DNA from: Candidatus Anderseniibacteriota bacterium
GTDB lineage: Bacteria > Patescibacteriota > Andersenbacteria > UBA10190
DNA length: 57,109 nt
Direction of reading: 5' to 3'
Assembly: GCA_021414205.1 (NCBI GenBank)
Contig: JAIOOW010000002.1
Location: 281,062 to 338,170, forward strand
The translations under genes were made by a program, and so were the position numbers. The notes beneath the pieces were generated by a model. It worked only from the letters and a program-made list of their open reading frames with translations, was not told the DNA's origin and searched no databases. Shown here piece after piece: positions 17,203-27,544 of this stretch (positions within the stretch are counted from its first letter, which is position 1; each line of letters starts with the position of its first letter).

Positions 17203-18921
17203 TTACTTCGAATAGGGATTAGTGAATGTAGTGATACCAAACGGCTTTATATATTTCGGTTGAAGATAATTATCTTGCTGAACTTTGGTACCAGAGCCAT
17301 ACGTTACGGTAAACGCTTTTTTAACAGAATCGCTCAATGTTGTCTCGAATATATTAAGAGCAGACGTAGTAACAGCTGCGAGATTCACCACTACGCTGTT
17401 TTGGTCATTGTATGCGCTTGCGGGGATTATAATGTGATTATTTTTAAACGATACGGTGCCTGCGGAAATCTCAACAACCGGGAATCTAAACGGGGTAGTA
17501 GCTACGCTCGTTATCGTATTATCATGAATATCAACAGTTGGCGTTGCTGCATCTATAGCTATAGCGGTCTTGGCGGTCACAAACGTATTATTAGCAATAA
17601 CTCCATTTTTACCATCCAATGCAATTGCTGCTCGCGAGCCTGAGTTGAGGTTATTAAACGTGGAGTTTTGAACGGTAATATTCTCAGTTCCTAGATTGCC
17701 AGCAGAAACAAGTTGAGCCCCCAAATTATCTGAAAATGTACAATTGGTAAATGTAATATCCCCCGTATTAGCTGAAAGCCCTTGAGCCTTACGATTCATC
17801 GAATCTGGGCAGTCACTCACGCAATAAATTGGCTCAATATCTACCCCAGCCCTAGGAGAATGCCCTCCATATGCACCAACCCCCGTACTCAAAAATTGCA
17901 CATTCGTAAATGTTCCGCCCCGCATTTGCTGAATCGATAACCCTTGCCTTCCATTTCCTTTTAAAATTACATTTCTCACTGTTGCATTAATATCTGGCTT
18001 ATATTCAAAACCGACTCCAAGGAACATTCCATCAGTAGAAAATCCATGAATATTCAAATTTTCTAACACATAATTCTGGCCACCACTCGTACTGAGTCCT
18101 CGCCCACCATCCTCGACGATATCTACACTATTATCTTTCGACATTTTATCTAGATTTCCATATATCTCAAATCCAGAAACCAAAAACCCTGACCCGAAAC
18201 GGATATCAAATGGGCTAACCTGTGCAAGATCACCTCTCCATAAATTTCCAGAAATAAACGCTCTCTTATTCTTTTTAAAATCACCCTTCACATCAATAAT
18301 CGCACCGCATCCGATCAGCTTAATATTCTGAGGATTAACATATCGAATATTAAAGAAATCTGCCTGCGTATTATCGGGGTACGCCTTTCTATCAATCACT
18401 TTATCTACCTTATATGTTCCAGGAGGATAGTAGAGCGTCTTGCCCGCATTCTCAGGCTGAGAAATAAACGCGGCTGCGCCACGCATAGCAGCATAATCAT
18501 CTGTTATGCCATCCCCCTTCGCACCGAATTGCTTAATATCAAACACATTCGCGGCATCTCCTAATGACCTGCATGCGCCGGCCACTTCACTATCCTGCGC
18601 CGCGGTTCGAGGCGTTGGATAAATTATTAGCGCCTTGTACGGATCACTATTTGCATTCACTGTAAAATTCGTTGACGCCTGAACCGTTTTTCCGCTTGCC
18701 GTTCTCGCTTGAACAGTAAGCGTGTGATTGCCTATTGGAATACTGGACCCCCCTTTAAGCGTGCCTGAAATATTTTTTTGTTGTTGAGAAGAAGTTGGTG
18801 CGCTCGTTTTAACCAAAGAATCATACTGCACTGCAAGCAATACTCCAGCCACGATAAGACAACTTACTATGCTCGCAGTTAACCAATATCCTTTCCCCAA
18901 CATACTGGTCATGGGGATCAA
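17203..18921 (-). CDS. Membrane-anchored right-handed beta-helix (pectate lyase 3-like) protein
   Basis: FDIKQFGAKGDGITDDYAAM, LYYPPGTYKV, GNGRQGLSI, AGVDIEP, and Asn-ladder repeats. Confidence 0.85.
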   Translation of the reverse strand: MIPMTSMLGKGYWLTASIVSCLIVAGVLLAVQYDSLVKTSAPTSSQQQKNISGTLKGGSSIPIGNHTLTVQARTASGKTVQASTNFTVNANSDPYKALIIYPTPRTAAQDSEVAGACRSLGDAANVFDIKQFGAKGDGITDDYAAMRGAAAFISQPENAGKTLYYPPGTYKVDKVIDRKAYPDNTQADFFNIRYVNPQNIKLIGCGAIIDVKGDFKKNKRAFISGNLWRGDLAQVSPFDIRFGSGFLVSGFEIYGNLDKMSKDNSVDIVEDGGRGLSTSGGQNYVLENLNIHGFSTDGMFLGVGFEYKPDINATVRNVILKGNGRQGLSIQQMRGGTFTNVQFLSTGVGAYGGHSPRAGVDIEPIYCVSDCPDSMNRKAQGLSANTGDITFTNCTFSDNLGAQLVSAGNLGTENITVQNSTFNNLNSGSRAAIALDGKNGVIANNTFVTAKTAIAIDAATPTVDIHDNTITSVATTPFRFPVVEISAGTVSFKNNHIIIPASAYNDQNSVVVNLAAVTTSALNIFETTLSDSVKKAFTVTYGSGTKVQQDNYLQPKYIKPFGITTFTNPYSK

Positions 18922-19458
18922 CTACTTCCTAGATTTCATCCGCAACATTCCTAAGTATCCAATACAAGACAATATAACAAGAGCGCCCCAAGCACTGCCA
19001 GCTATTCTAAATACGCTGTCTTCTCTTTTCTCCACTTCTCTAAGTGAGCGTCCAACCGCAACGTATCCGTCTTTATATGGGACAACCACAAGCGCGATGC
19101 GCACACCCTTTCTTGGCTGCCACGTAACGCGATCCTGGCCCATCTTCTTTGCGCTGTCGAATACACCCAACGGGATTGCAGGATCTTTGCCATCGAGCTG
19201 ACCCGTCGTTTCAAGCACGGCCCCCTTGGAATCCGTCACTATCAAAAACGGCGCCAAACTTGCTGCCATATCGATACGGCTCGTGCTCGCCAAATCAGAT
19301 GGCTTCGCCGTTCCATCGAGCAAGCGGGCGATATCTTCCGCCAACTGAATCTGTGGATCGTTCGCACTCTGCCGCAATACCTGTTGCCCGACGGCGTATA
19401 TCGTGCCAAATACGACAATGCTGACAAATAAACAGATTGCAAAATTGCGTAGCTTCAT
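18922..19458 (-). CDS. Conserved hypothetical membrane protein with extracytoplasmic domain
   Basis: Two TM helices flanking QQVLRQSANDPQIQLAED...VTWQPRKGVRIA...GRSLREVE. Confidence 0.75.
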   Translation of the reverse strand: MKLRNFAICLFVSIVVFGTIYAVGQQVLRQSANDPQIQLAEDIARLLDGTAKPSDLASTSRIDMAASLAPFLIVTDSKGAVLETTGQLDGKDPAIPLGVFDSAKKMGQDRVTWQPRKGVRIALVVVPYKDGYVAVGRSLREVEKREDSVFRIAGSAWGALVILSCIGYLGMLRMKSRK

Positions 19459-19523
19459 ATGGTTATATAATACACTCTCAACGCAGACGTGCAATAAAAA
19501 ACCTCTCAAGGTAGTCTAAAAGA

Positions 19524-20366
19524 ATGAAACAAGAGTTTCAAAAACATACCATAACCATTCGACAATCAGATGTAGCGTATTGGACGTATGGCGATCCATC
19601 CAAACCAACTGTCCTGCTCATCCATGGATTCAGGGGGGACCATTTTGGATTCACATCCATAGCAGAGCATCTTGATTCGTACTATGTTGTTATCCCCGAC
19701 CTGCCTGGGTACGGAGAATCCCAATCGTGGCAGACTACACCGCACGCCATTGAAGCATATGCCGACTGGCTACATGAATTTTGCATTGCAATACACATGA
19801 TACGCCCCATCGTTGTCGGGCATTCATTCGGAGCAACAATTGCACTTGTGTTCGCTCATACATACGGCAACGAAATCAGTCAACTTATTCTCATGAGCCC
19901 AGTAGTGTCCGAGAACTCCGTACGAGCTGCCATCGGGGCGATCTACTACTCTTCTGCCAAGTATGTTCCATCACCGCTTCGCCGCAGCTATCTTATTAAT
20001 CCGGTTTCCGATATGTGCGCCAATCTCATGCTCTTCAAAACCGGATCGATAAGGAATCGCTTACGCATTTTGTCCGAAGGGTTGCACAATACAAAAAAAT
20101 TCCACGAGAACGTTATTTTTGAAAACTTTGCGAGCCTCCAGCGAATAGATCCATTTTCATACGCACCAAGCCTGACTATGCCCGTGTGCATTATTGCAGG
20201 AACAGACGACGTGTTCTGCAAACCAAGCGACATACAACGCCTATGCGGCGATATTACCAATATAACGTGCACCTACTTGGATGACGAAGGGCACTTGCTC
20301 CCCCTCGAGCAGCCACAGCGAGCAGCTTCTGCGCTGTGCGCCTTCATCTCATCTTCACCAGCGTAA
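19524..20366 (+). CDS. Alpha/beta hydrolase
   Basis: LLIHGFRGDH, PDLPGYGES, nucleophile elbow GHSFG, GHLLPLEQP. Confidence 0.9.
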   Translation: MKQEFQKHTITIRQSDVAYWTYGDPSKPTVLLIHGFRGDHFGFTSIAEHLDSYYVVIPDLPGYGESQSWQTTPHAIEAYADWLHEFCIAIHMIRPIVVGHSFGATIALVFAHTYGNEISQLILMSPVVSENSVRAAIGAIYYSSAKYVPSPLRRSYLINPVSDMCANLMLFKTGSIRNRLRILSEGLHNTKKFHENVIFENFASLQRIDPFSYAPSLTMPVCIIAGTDDVFCKPSDIQRLCGDITNITCTYLDDEGHLLPLEQPQRAASALCAFISSSPA

Positions 20367-20380
20367 GGTATTATAGAATC

Positions 20381-21043
20381 ATGCGAATATTAGTAGTTGA
20401 AGACGAACCAAAGCTCAATAAAGGCTTGGTAAAAGGCCTGCAAAACAAAGGGTATGCAGTGGATTTTGCATTCGACGGACTTGCCGGAGAAACACTGGCG
20501 CGAAAACAAGCATACGATTTGATTATTTTGGATATTATGATGCCCCGCCGAGACGGCATCACCGTTTGCAACAATCTACGAACATCCGGGATTGAAACCC
20601 CAATCTTATTCTTAACAGCCAAAGATGAAATTGCGGACAAGGTAGAGGGGCTAAATATCGGTGCAGATGATTACTTAGTAAAGCCCTTTGCATTCGAAGA
20701 ATTATTCGCTCGAATCAAAAGCATTCTTCGCAGACCAAAGCAAGTTGTCCCAGATATTTTAAAACTTGAAAAATTGACACTCAACACAAAGGCGCAACAA
20801 CTGACTATTAATAATAAAATAATTCCCCTTACGCTTCGCGAATACAGCTTGCTTGAATACCTGCTGCGCAACGAGGGGGCGGTCATTACCCGAGAAGATC
20901 TCCTCGACCACGTGTGGGATATATTCTATGATTCGCAAAGCAACGTCGTTGACGTGCACGTAAAAAATATTAGAAAAAAATTGCCAACAGCTTATGCAAA
21001 ACGTATTGAAACAATTCGAGGAAAAGGGTACCGCATTGCTTAG
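20381..21043 (+). CDS. OmpR-family response regulator
   Basis: MRILVVEDE, DLIILDIMMP, GADDYLVKPF, winged helix ETIRGKGY. Confidence 0.95.
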   Translation: MRILVVEDEPKLNKGLVKGLQNKGYAVDFAFDGLAGETLARKQAYDLIILDIMMPRRDGITVCNNLRTSGIETPILFLTAKDEIADKVEGLNIGADDYLVKPFAFEELFARIKSILRRPKQVVPDILKLEKLTLNTKAQQLTINNKIIPLTLREYSLLEYLLRNEGAVITREDLLDHVWDIFYDSQSNVVDVHVKNIRKKLPTAYAKRIETIRGKGYRIA

Positions 21044-22055
21044 CGGACAATTTTCGCGCGCTCGAATCGAGCTCACGCTTATTTATGCAATTATCTTGCT
21101 GTTTGTGTTGATGGTTTCGAGCGTCATTACATACTCCAGATTTTCTACACGAATCGACCTCCGTTGGGCTGCTCATCGCATCATTACTCAACAGCCAATC
21201 CCATTGCCCCCACCCCCATTTGATCCCGAGCAAAACTTCCCGGATGAAGCTCGCACTGAACTAGCCTTATCCTTATTCCTCGTAAACGGCGTCCTCATCG
21301 TCGGCGGAATCGGATTAAGCTATATACTCGCAGGAATCACCCTGCAGCCGATCCAGCAAGCATACGAAAAACAGCGTCGATTTTTAAGCGATGCATCGCA
21401 TGAGTTGCGCACTCCGCTTGCAATTATGCAAACAGATTTGGAAAACGAGCTCGCAGATAAAAAAATAAGTGCGAACGCAAAAGAACAAGCACAAAGCCAT
21501 TTGGAAGAAGTGGGCCGCATGAGCGCAATCGTAAAAGATTTATTATTAATATCTCGACTTGATAGGGAAAACAATAAAGACGTATTAAGTCAGCTTGTCG
21601 ATTTTAGTGCGATTGCAACTGGCGTCATCACTCGACTTGCACCATATGCAGAAAAACATTCGGTAACGCTTATTTCGAAGTTACCTGAATTACCAGTCAT
21701 AATACTGGCGCATCCGGAACATCTTTCTCAAGCAGTGATGAACCTTGTAAAAAACGCTATTGATTACAATAAAAAAGAAGGCTCCGTAACCGTATCTCTT
21801 GCGATAGAAAAAAATATAGTAACGCTTATTGTTCAAGACACGGGCGTCGGTATTCCTAAAAAAGATCTGGGAAAAATATTCGACCGGTTCTATCGAGCAG
21901 ATGAGAGCAGAACGCGAGCAACAGGAGGAAGCGGACTCGGCCTTTCCATTGTTCAATCAATCGCAAAAACATACAACGGAAATATCTCTATACAAAGCGA
22001 CGAAAAAACAGGGACGCAAGCACGTCTTTCCTTTCCGCTCAAAAATACCCCATAA
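21036..22055 (+). CDS. Sensor histidine kinase
   Basis: Two TM helices; H-box DASHELRTPL; N-box NLVKNAIDY; G-boxes DTGVGI and GSGLGL; TTG start overlapping the regulator stop. Confidence 0.93.
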   Translation: MLSGQFSRARIELTLIYAIILLFVLMVSSVITYSRFSTRIDLRWAAHRIITQQPIPLPPPPFDPEQNFPDEARTELALSLFLVNGVLIVGGIGLSYILAGITLQPIQQAYEKQRRFLSDASHELRTPLAIMQTDLENELADKKISANAKEQAQSHLEEVGRMSAIVKDLLLISRLDRENNKDVLSQLVDFSAIATGVITRLAPYAEKHSVTLISKLPELPVIILAHPEHLSQAVMNLVKNAIDYNKKEGSVTVSLAIEKNIVTLIVQDTGVGIPKKDLGKIFDRFYRADESRTRATGGSGLGLSIVQSIAKTYNGNISIQSDEKTGTQARLSFPLKNTP

Positions 22056-22064
22056 TACCAGGTT

Positions 22065-24197
22065 ATGCCTATTCCCTGGCCAACTATGCGCCAAAACGCC
22101 CAAAATACCGGATTGGGCGTTTTACGTATTCCCCAAGGCGAATCCCCGTCTGCAAGCGCCTTTCCTACAAACGGTCTCATCTTTTCTACTCCTGTCATCG
22201 ATGAAAACGAAATAGTGTATGCGGGCAGCGCAGATCACTATCTGTACGCATATGATCCAAAACAGAAAAAAGTACTCTGGAAATTTGAAACGGGTGAAAT
22301 CATCGATTCTGCAGCGGCACTACATCCGAATGGAACCATCATCGTTCCCTCAGGAGATGGGCATATATACTGCGTAGATAAGAACGGAAAAAAGATTTGG
22401 TCATTTGACGTAACAAGTGCTAGAACACCAGATCAATTCACGCTGGCAACAAGCTATTGGTGGGAAGGCAATGTGGCAATAGGGCCCGATGGGAACATCT
22501 ACGCGGGCAATGACGATTTTTTCTTATACTCGCTTACTCCCGAAGGAGCGTTGCGCTGGAAATTCAGAACAGGATTATTCATTTGGTCAGCTGCAACATT
22601 TGATAACAGTGGCATCGTATACGCCGCATCGTTCGACGGATATATGTACGCGCTGCAGTGCGAAGACGGATCGCTGCTCTGGAAAACCGATTTGAAAAAT
22701 CCGATGATTTCATCCCCCGTTATATACGATGATTATCTGATCGAATGCACGCTGAACGGAACCATGATCATTATGAATCGACATACAGGTAACGTTCTGT
22801 GGACTACCTCAATTCCGACACACGCATACGCAACTCCGCTCGTAACTCCAGACGGACGCATTATCACGGCATCCAGTTCCGGAGAAATTATCATGCACGA
22901 TATTACAACGAGAACTTCTTTGTGGATGCATAAAGAAAAATCAGTCATGCGCGCATCGTTAGTTGCAGGTATTGATCCGGAACAAAAAGAGGAATACCTC
23001 ATTTATGGCGGAAATGCAGAAGGGCACGTGTTCGCATTAACCCCTTCAGGACAGCAGCGATATCGGTTACATACCGCACCCGCAGAAGAAAATCCGAACA
23101 AATTTGTCATTAACGCATCGCTTGCATTAGGCAATCACGGCATTGCACTGGCCGCAGGAAAATATATCTACTACCTCCCATACAAGCACTACCTTGATAC
23201 GAACACCGATCATGCAATACAGCCCGAGATTCAAGAACAACTCTCTCATGCAGATCTCACGCAGGCAAATGCATATATTTTCGATACTATCCATATCACC
23301 TCTCCAACAATCATCCCTACGCTTGATCAAATTGGCCTGCAAAGCTTGCGCGTGTACATCGGAGTTATCGCGCGCGATAAATCAAGTAATACATTCCTTG
23401 CCCACGGCATGCTCATGTTTGGAAGAAATGAAGAAGGAGAATTACTTGGAGTACCCCACGCACAAACGTATTCATTCGCCTTTCGTGGGGACATGCATTC
23501 CGATCGCATAGAATTTACGACAGAGAATATTTATTTCGAAACATCTGGGTTCCCATTCCCATTAGACAGCCTCACTATCGCAACCATTAAAGCTCCGGCG
23601 GATTCAAATGCCACAATTCATGCCCACGTCCATAAGAAGGGGCCACTGCGAACGTTCTTTGCCGCCATGCGCGCATACAACGCAACAAACCCCGCGCGAA
23701 ACGTATTTCAAAATATCAAAACTATTCATGAAATTCCTCACATGGTTACTGCATGGCTACTCCTTGCGAGCACGGGAGTAAAATTCATAACAAGAAAATA
23801 CTGGGACGGCTTTGATTTATTCGATAAAGATGGAAGCATCGATTGCGTCGGCATGGCATCACTGAGACCGCTTCCCTATGCGCCCCAATCCAAGTGGATC
23901 ATATCATCGAGTTCGTACAGCCAGTTTTTCAGGAGAATTACCGTAGACCTCAACGCCCCAGATCAGCATGCGCTGTGCGACGAAGTGTCGATCATTCTTG
24001 CAGACAGTACTACACTCATCCCGCTTCCAATTAATTACAGTAAATTAGTGCGCCACACAAAAATTTCAGAAACAACAGCACGCGTTTCCCTCTCTATTCC
24101 CGATGGCTACGCAACATCCAACCTCACGGCGTACGTTGTCGACAAAACTGTTCTACTAGAATCTTTTACCCTCTACCCAGCAAACCCAGGGAAGTAA
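22065..24197 (+). CDS. PQQ-like beta-propeller repeat protein with C-terminal extension
   Basis: WPTMRQNAQNTG, repeated YAGSxD...LYA...G...WKF units. Confidence 0.85.
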   Translation: MPIPWPTMRQNAQNTGLGVLRIPQGESPSASAFPTNGLIFSTPVIDENEIVYAGSADHYLYAYDPKQKKVLWKFETGEIIDSAAALHPNGTIIVPSGDGHIYCVDKNGKKIWSFDVTSARTPDQFTLATSYWWEGNVAIGPDGNIYAGNDDFFLYSLTPEGALRWKFRTGLFIWSAATFDNSGIVYAASFDGYMYALQCEDGSLLWKTDLKNPMISSPVIYDDYLIECTLNGTMIIMNRHTGNVLWTTSIPTHAYATPLVTPDGRIITASSSGEIIMHDITTRTSLWMHKEKSVMRASLVAGIDPEQKEEYLIYGGNAEGHVFALTPSGQQRYRLHTAPAEENPNKFVINASLALGNHGIALAAGKYIYYLPYKHYLDTNTDHAIQPEIQEQLSHADLTQANAYIFDTIHITSPTIIPTLDQIGLQSLRVYIGVIARDKSSNTFLAHGMLMFGRNEEGELLGVPHAQTYSFAFRGDMHSDRIEFTTENIYFETSGFPFPLDSLTIATIKAPADSNATIHAHVHKKGPLRTFFAAMRAYNATNPARNVFQNIKTIHEIPHMVTAWLLLASTGVKFITRKYWDGFDLFDKDGSIDCVGMASLRPLPYAPQSKWIISSSSYSQFFRRITVDLNAPDQHALCDEVSIILADSTTLIPLPINYSKLVRHTKISETTARVSLSIPDGYATSNLTAYVVDKTVLLESFTLYPANPGK

Positions 24198-25702
24198 TCC
24201 GTAATGATTTTCTTCTTCGGGATGCTCATGTCTCGAATAGTCTTTTCCAAAGCCTGAACCATTAATTGTGGACCTGATATATAAAACATTCTTTCTGCAT
24301 AATCCGGAATTTCTTTTTGAATTATTGCAGCATCTATCATTCCGACATTCCATTCCCAATCGTTCGGAACAGCATCTTTGCTTGTAATCGTATACACCGT
24401 ATTCACGCCATGTGCTCGCGCTTTTTCCAACACATCCACGAACACAGCATCGTTTATGGATTTCAAAGAGTACAACATCGTGATATTGCATGTTTTATTC
24501 TCGGAAACAATATGCTCGATCATGCTAATATACGGCGTAATACCGATACCTCCCGCAATAAATACTAATTTCTTTTTTTCAATATTTCTCGGAAGCGTGA
24601 AATCGCCACCGAGTTGCGATGCAATAATTTCTTCGCCGATCTCCAGATCCTTGAGTTTTGTTTTGTAACTGCTCGAATTGTCATAAAACTTTACGGCGAT
24701 TGCAATCTCATCCGACTTAGGCGCGGAGACTAAACTAAAATATCTTCTATTGCCTCGAGAATCCGTTTTATGGTGCGGTAGCGTCCACTCCATGTATTGT
24801 CCGGATTTGAATGCAAGGGGCTCTGCAAGCTTGAATATGTAATGGAATGTATCCGCAGTAAGCTGGACTTTGTTTTGCAATGCAAGCACAAGGCGATGCC
24901 GAGGTGTCATCATGTACGCAGCTATATTGCCAATAACGAGAGCTTCTTCCGGAGTAAAGCTTATCGGAGAAAAGCGCATTTGTTCTGTTGCCACAAGAAG
25001 GCCTACCAAGCCTGCATACACAAGCTGAGGACGCTTGCGACCGGGGGCAGTCAACGGTTCAGTAAGCATGACCAAGCCCAAAAACCATACCGGGGAGTGA
25101 AACAGCAACACTTGAGATATCGTTAAAAACGAAGAAAAAAATGTTCCTTGAATACTGAACGCAACAATAGAAGCAACTAAATACACAGCAAAAAATACGT
25201 ATACCATCGCCTCTCTCCTAATTCTGCGAAGCAATAATAATCCGCCAATAAGAACAAACGGCATCATAATTGGCGTCCCCATCCACCACGTGGCAACATG
25301 CTCAGGAGATAAAAGAGAAATGCCAAGCACACCGACCGCAGCAGGATTAAACACATGTTGCTTTTCAATCGTCATCAAATACTTTGACCCCATCGCGAAT
25401 ATACACGCCGCGGCCAAGAATAATGCATTGTGCGGAAATGCAACTGGAACCAAGCACACAATAATAAGCGCGGTGATAAATACTGATTCCGTATTGGTAG
25501 TTGCATGAACAACTTTCGCAAATCCGTAATTGGCAATCCAAGAAACTATAACTGCAAGAAACGCATCTATTGCGATGTCTAGTGGGTTATACGGGAGCAA
25601 TCCAATAGCACTAAACCCTGCCGCAAGCACAAGCAGGGCTATAAGATAATACAGCGTCAGCCGATACATCGTAATGCTATTGAGAAGTTTATCGATGAAC
25701 AT
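24173..25702 (-). CDS. RnfD/NqrB-like membrane domain fused to FNR-type FAD/NAD(P)-binding oxidoreductase
   Basis: KQHVFNPAA and MLTEPLTAP (RnfD-like); RRYFSLVS, FIAGGIGITPY, FYISGPQLMV and C-terminal DYFPGF (FNR family). Confidence 0.88.
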   Translation of the reverse strand: MFIDKLLNSITMYRLTLYYLIALLVLAAGFSAIGLLPYNPLDIAIDAFLAVIVSWIANYGFAKVVHATTNTESVFITALIIVCLVPVAFPHNALFLAAACIFAMGSKYLMTIEKQHVFNPAAVGVLGISLLSPEHVATWWMGTPIMMPFVLIGGLLLLRRIRREAMVYVFFAVYLVASIVAFSIQGTFFSSFLTISQVLLFHSPVWFLGLVMLTEPLTAPGRKRPQLVYAGLVGLLVATEQMRFSPISFTPEEALVIGNIAAYMMTPRHRLVLALQNKVQLTADTFHYIFKLAEPLAFKSGQYMEWTLPHHKTDSRGNRRYFSLVSAPKSDEIAIAVKFYDNSSSYKTKLKDLEIGEEIIASQLGGDFTLPRNIEKKKLVFIAGGIGITPYISMIEHIVSENKTCNITMLYSLKSINDAVFVDVLEKARAHGVNTVYTITSKDAVPNDWEWNVGMIDAAIIQKEIPDYAERMFYISGPQLMVQALEKTIRDMSIPKKKIITDYFPGFAG

Positions 25703-25709
25703 AGAAAAG

Positions 25710-26258
25710 TTATGCGCGAGCTTGCTGCAATGCACTGGCAAGTGATTGCTCGAATGCTTGGCTCGTAGCAGACGCCCCTGAAACTCCGCTCACTTTTTCA
25801 CTTTGCGCAGCGATTGCCTCAGACTGCAATATCGGCATTGCCTGCTGATTGATAAACTGACTTGTTCTCTGATCGTTCGGATATTGCAAAAAATTCACCT
25901 GAGAAATCTTTCCGCCAGTTACTACCACCTGAATTTGCACATTCCCATAAAATGCATCCGCAACTGTTCCGGTGAATGTCCCGTCTTTATATTGAGATGC
26001 TCGCGGAGTTGGTGTCGGCGCAAGAGTTGATTTCGGAGTGGCAACTGGATTATTTGTAGATATAGGAATAGGAGTCGGGAACGGGGTGGAAGTTGCAACG
26101 GGCTGAGAAATACTCGTAGGAAGCGACGCTATGACGGTCGGGTTCGGAGCGATGGCAGTACCCGCCTTTTGATCGCCACCGAATATATTTTTAATAAAAA
26201 CAAGCGCAAAAAACGCAGTAAGCACAGTAGTGATTTGGATATATTTTCTGAACTTCAT
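25710..26258 (-). CDS. Extracytoplasmic FMN-binding protein
   Basis: N-terminal TM, Pro/Thr linker, YKDGTFTG...GNVQIQVVV, flavinylation motif VSGASATS. Confidence 0.9.
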   Translation of the reverse strand: MKFRKYIQITTVLTAFFALVFIKNIFGGDQKAGTAIAPNPTVIASLPTSISQPVATSTPFPTPIPISTNNPVATPKSTLAPTPTPRASQYKDGTFTGTVADAFYGNVQIQVVVTGGKISQVNFLQYPNDQRTSQFINQQAMPILQSEAIAAQSEKVSGVSGASATSQAFEQSLASALQQARA

Positions 26259-26344
26259 GAATGCAGTATAGCAATAATTCATGACACGAAGATGAAGATT
26301 GAAATTTTCTTAAAACCTTAAAAATACGTATAATCAGGCATACT

Positions 26345-27454
26345 ATGCGCCGATCTCTCATCATCCTCATTTCAGTTGTCGTATTGATCACCTTTGCATC
26401 TCCGATTGTAATCATATCCGCAAATCCGCAACTCGCGTCGGATATTGCCGATAACATCGTGCGTCCGCTCATCGGAGATACGGCGGTAATTTATTTTGAG
26501 AAAATATTTTTTAACACATCGGATACCATCAAGAGAATTACCTATCATGGAACACTTCCTATTTCCGCAATATCCCAAAGAGATGTAAGCGATATAAACA
26601 ATACAAACACGCGCCTCAATCTTACCCCCCTCCCAACTCCGGCCAACATGCCAACTTTGGAAGGCGAGGGAATTTGGAAAAAAGTCATTCTCAACCAGTT
26701 TCCAAATGAGGAACCTGTCGCCACGACTTTTATTCGCCCAGATTCTGACAGGCCATATGCGCTCGTCACAATTATTCAAATGGACATGCAGCAACTATCG
26801 CTTGGCATTGTTGCAGGCATAAAAGAACCAGGCGGATCATTCGGACATCCGGGAACCGGCAGAATCCCTCAAAATACCATTCAAAGCGACAACGTAATCG
26901 GCGCATTTGATGGCGGATTTTTATATAACGACGGACAATATGGAATGATCGCAGACGGAATCACGTATGCACCGCTCAAACAAAATACGGCAACACTCAT
27001 CGCGCGAACTACAGGAGAATTAGATATCATCAATTACACAGGGCAAGATTTGGGTCAAAACATTTCATTTGTCAGGCAAAATTGTCCGATTTTAATTGAA
27101 AATGGGAACCTTGCAGTTACCGATCCAAAGAATAAAGCGCAATGGGGGCGAACACTTACTTCACAAACATATACATGGCGTTCCGGCATTGGCATTACAA
27201 GCACGGGCAATCTCCTCTATACAGGAGGAAATAACCTCACCCCCGCAACGCTGGCATACGCCCTCAAAACCGCAGGCGCAGTAAATGCTATGCAGCTAGA
27301 CATCAACCCTGCCTGGGTATCATTTAACTTTTTCACTAAGGACCCTACAACAAGAACCCTCACGTCCATCCCATTTATGAAAGATGCTCATGACAGATCA
27401 AAACAGTACATACATGGCCATAGTAAGGATTTTTTCTACTTATATAAAAAATAG
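26345..27454 (+). CDS. Phosphodiester glycosidase (NAGPA-like) family protein
   Basis: GEGIW, AFDGGF, TWRSGIGIT, AMQLDINPAW. Confidence 0.75.
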   Translation: MRRSLIILISVVVLITFASPIVIISANPQLASDIADNIVRPLIGDTAVIYFEKIFFNTSDTIKRITYHGTLPISAISQRDVSDINNTNTRLNLTPLPTPANMPTLEGEGIWKKVILNQFPNEEPVATTFIRPDSDRPYALVTIIQMDMQQLSLGIVAGIKEPGGSFGHPGTGRIPQNTIQSDNVIGAFDGGFLYNDGQYGMIADGITYAPLKQNTATLIARTTGELDIINYTGQDLGQNISFVRQNCPILIENGNLAVTDPKNKAQWGRTLTSQTYTWRSGIGITSTGNLLYTGGNNLTPATLAYALKTAGAVNAMQLDINPAWVSFNFFTKDPTTRTLTSIPFMKDAHDRSKQYIHGHSKDFFYLYKK

Positions 27455-27466
27455 TGTCATATTTTT

Positions 27467-27494
27467 TTGACATATATTAGTACGGATCTATACT
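27467..27494 (+). promoter_or_regulatory. Sigma70-type promoter of the antiporter gene
   Basis: TTGACA-N16-TATACT. Confidence 0.7.
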
Positions 27495-27500
27495 GAAGAA

Positions 27501-27544
27501 CGTTGACCCCCGCCTGCCGATACCGACGACGAAGGCCACAGCAC
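27501..27544 (+). ncRNA. Candidate cis-regulatory RNA (possible monovalent-cation riboswitch)
   Basis: GC-rich 44-nt island CGTTGACCCCCGCCTGCCGATACCGACGACGAAGGCCACAGCAC between the promoter and the ATG, in AT-rich surroundings. Confidence 0.4.
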
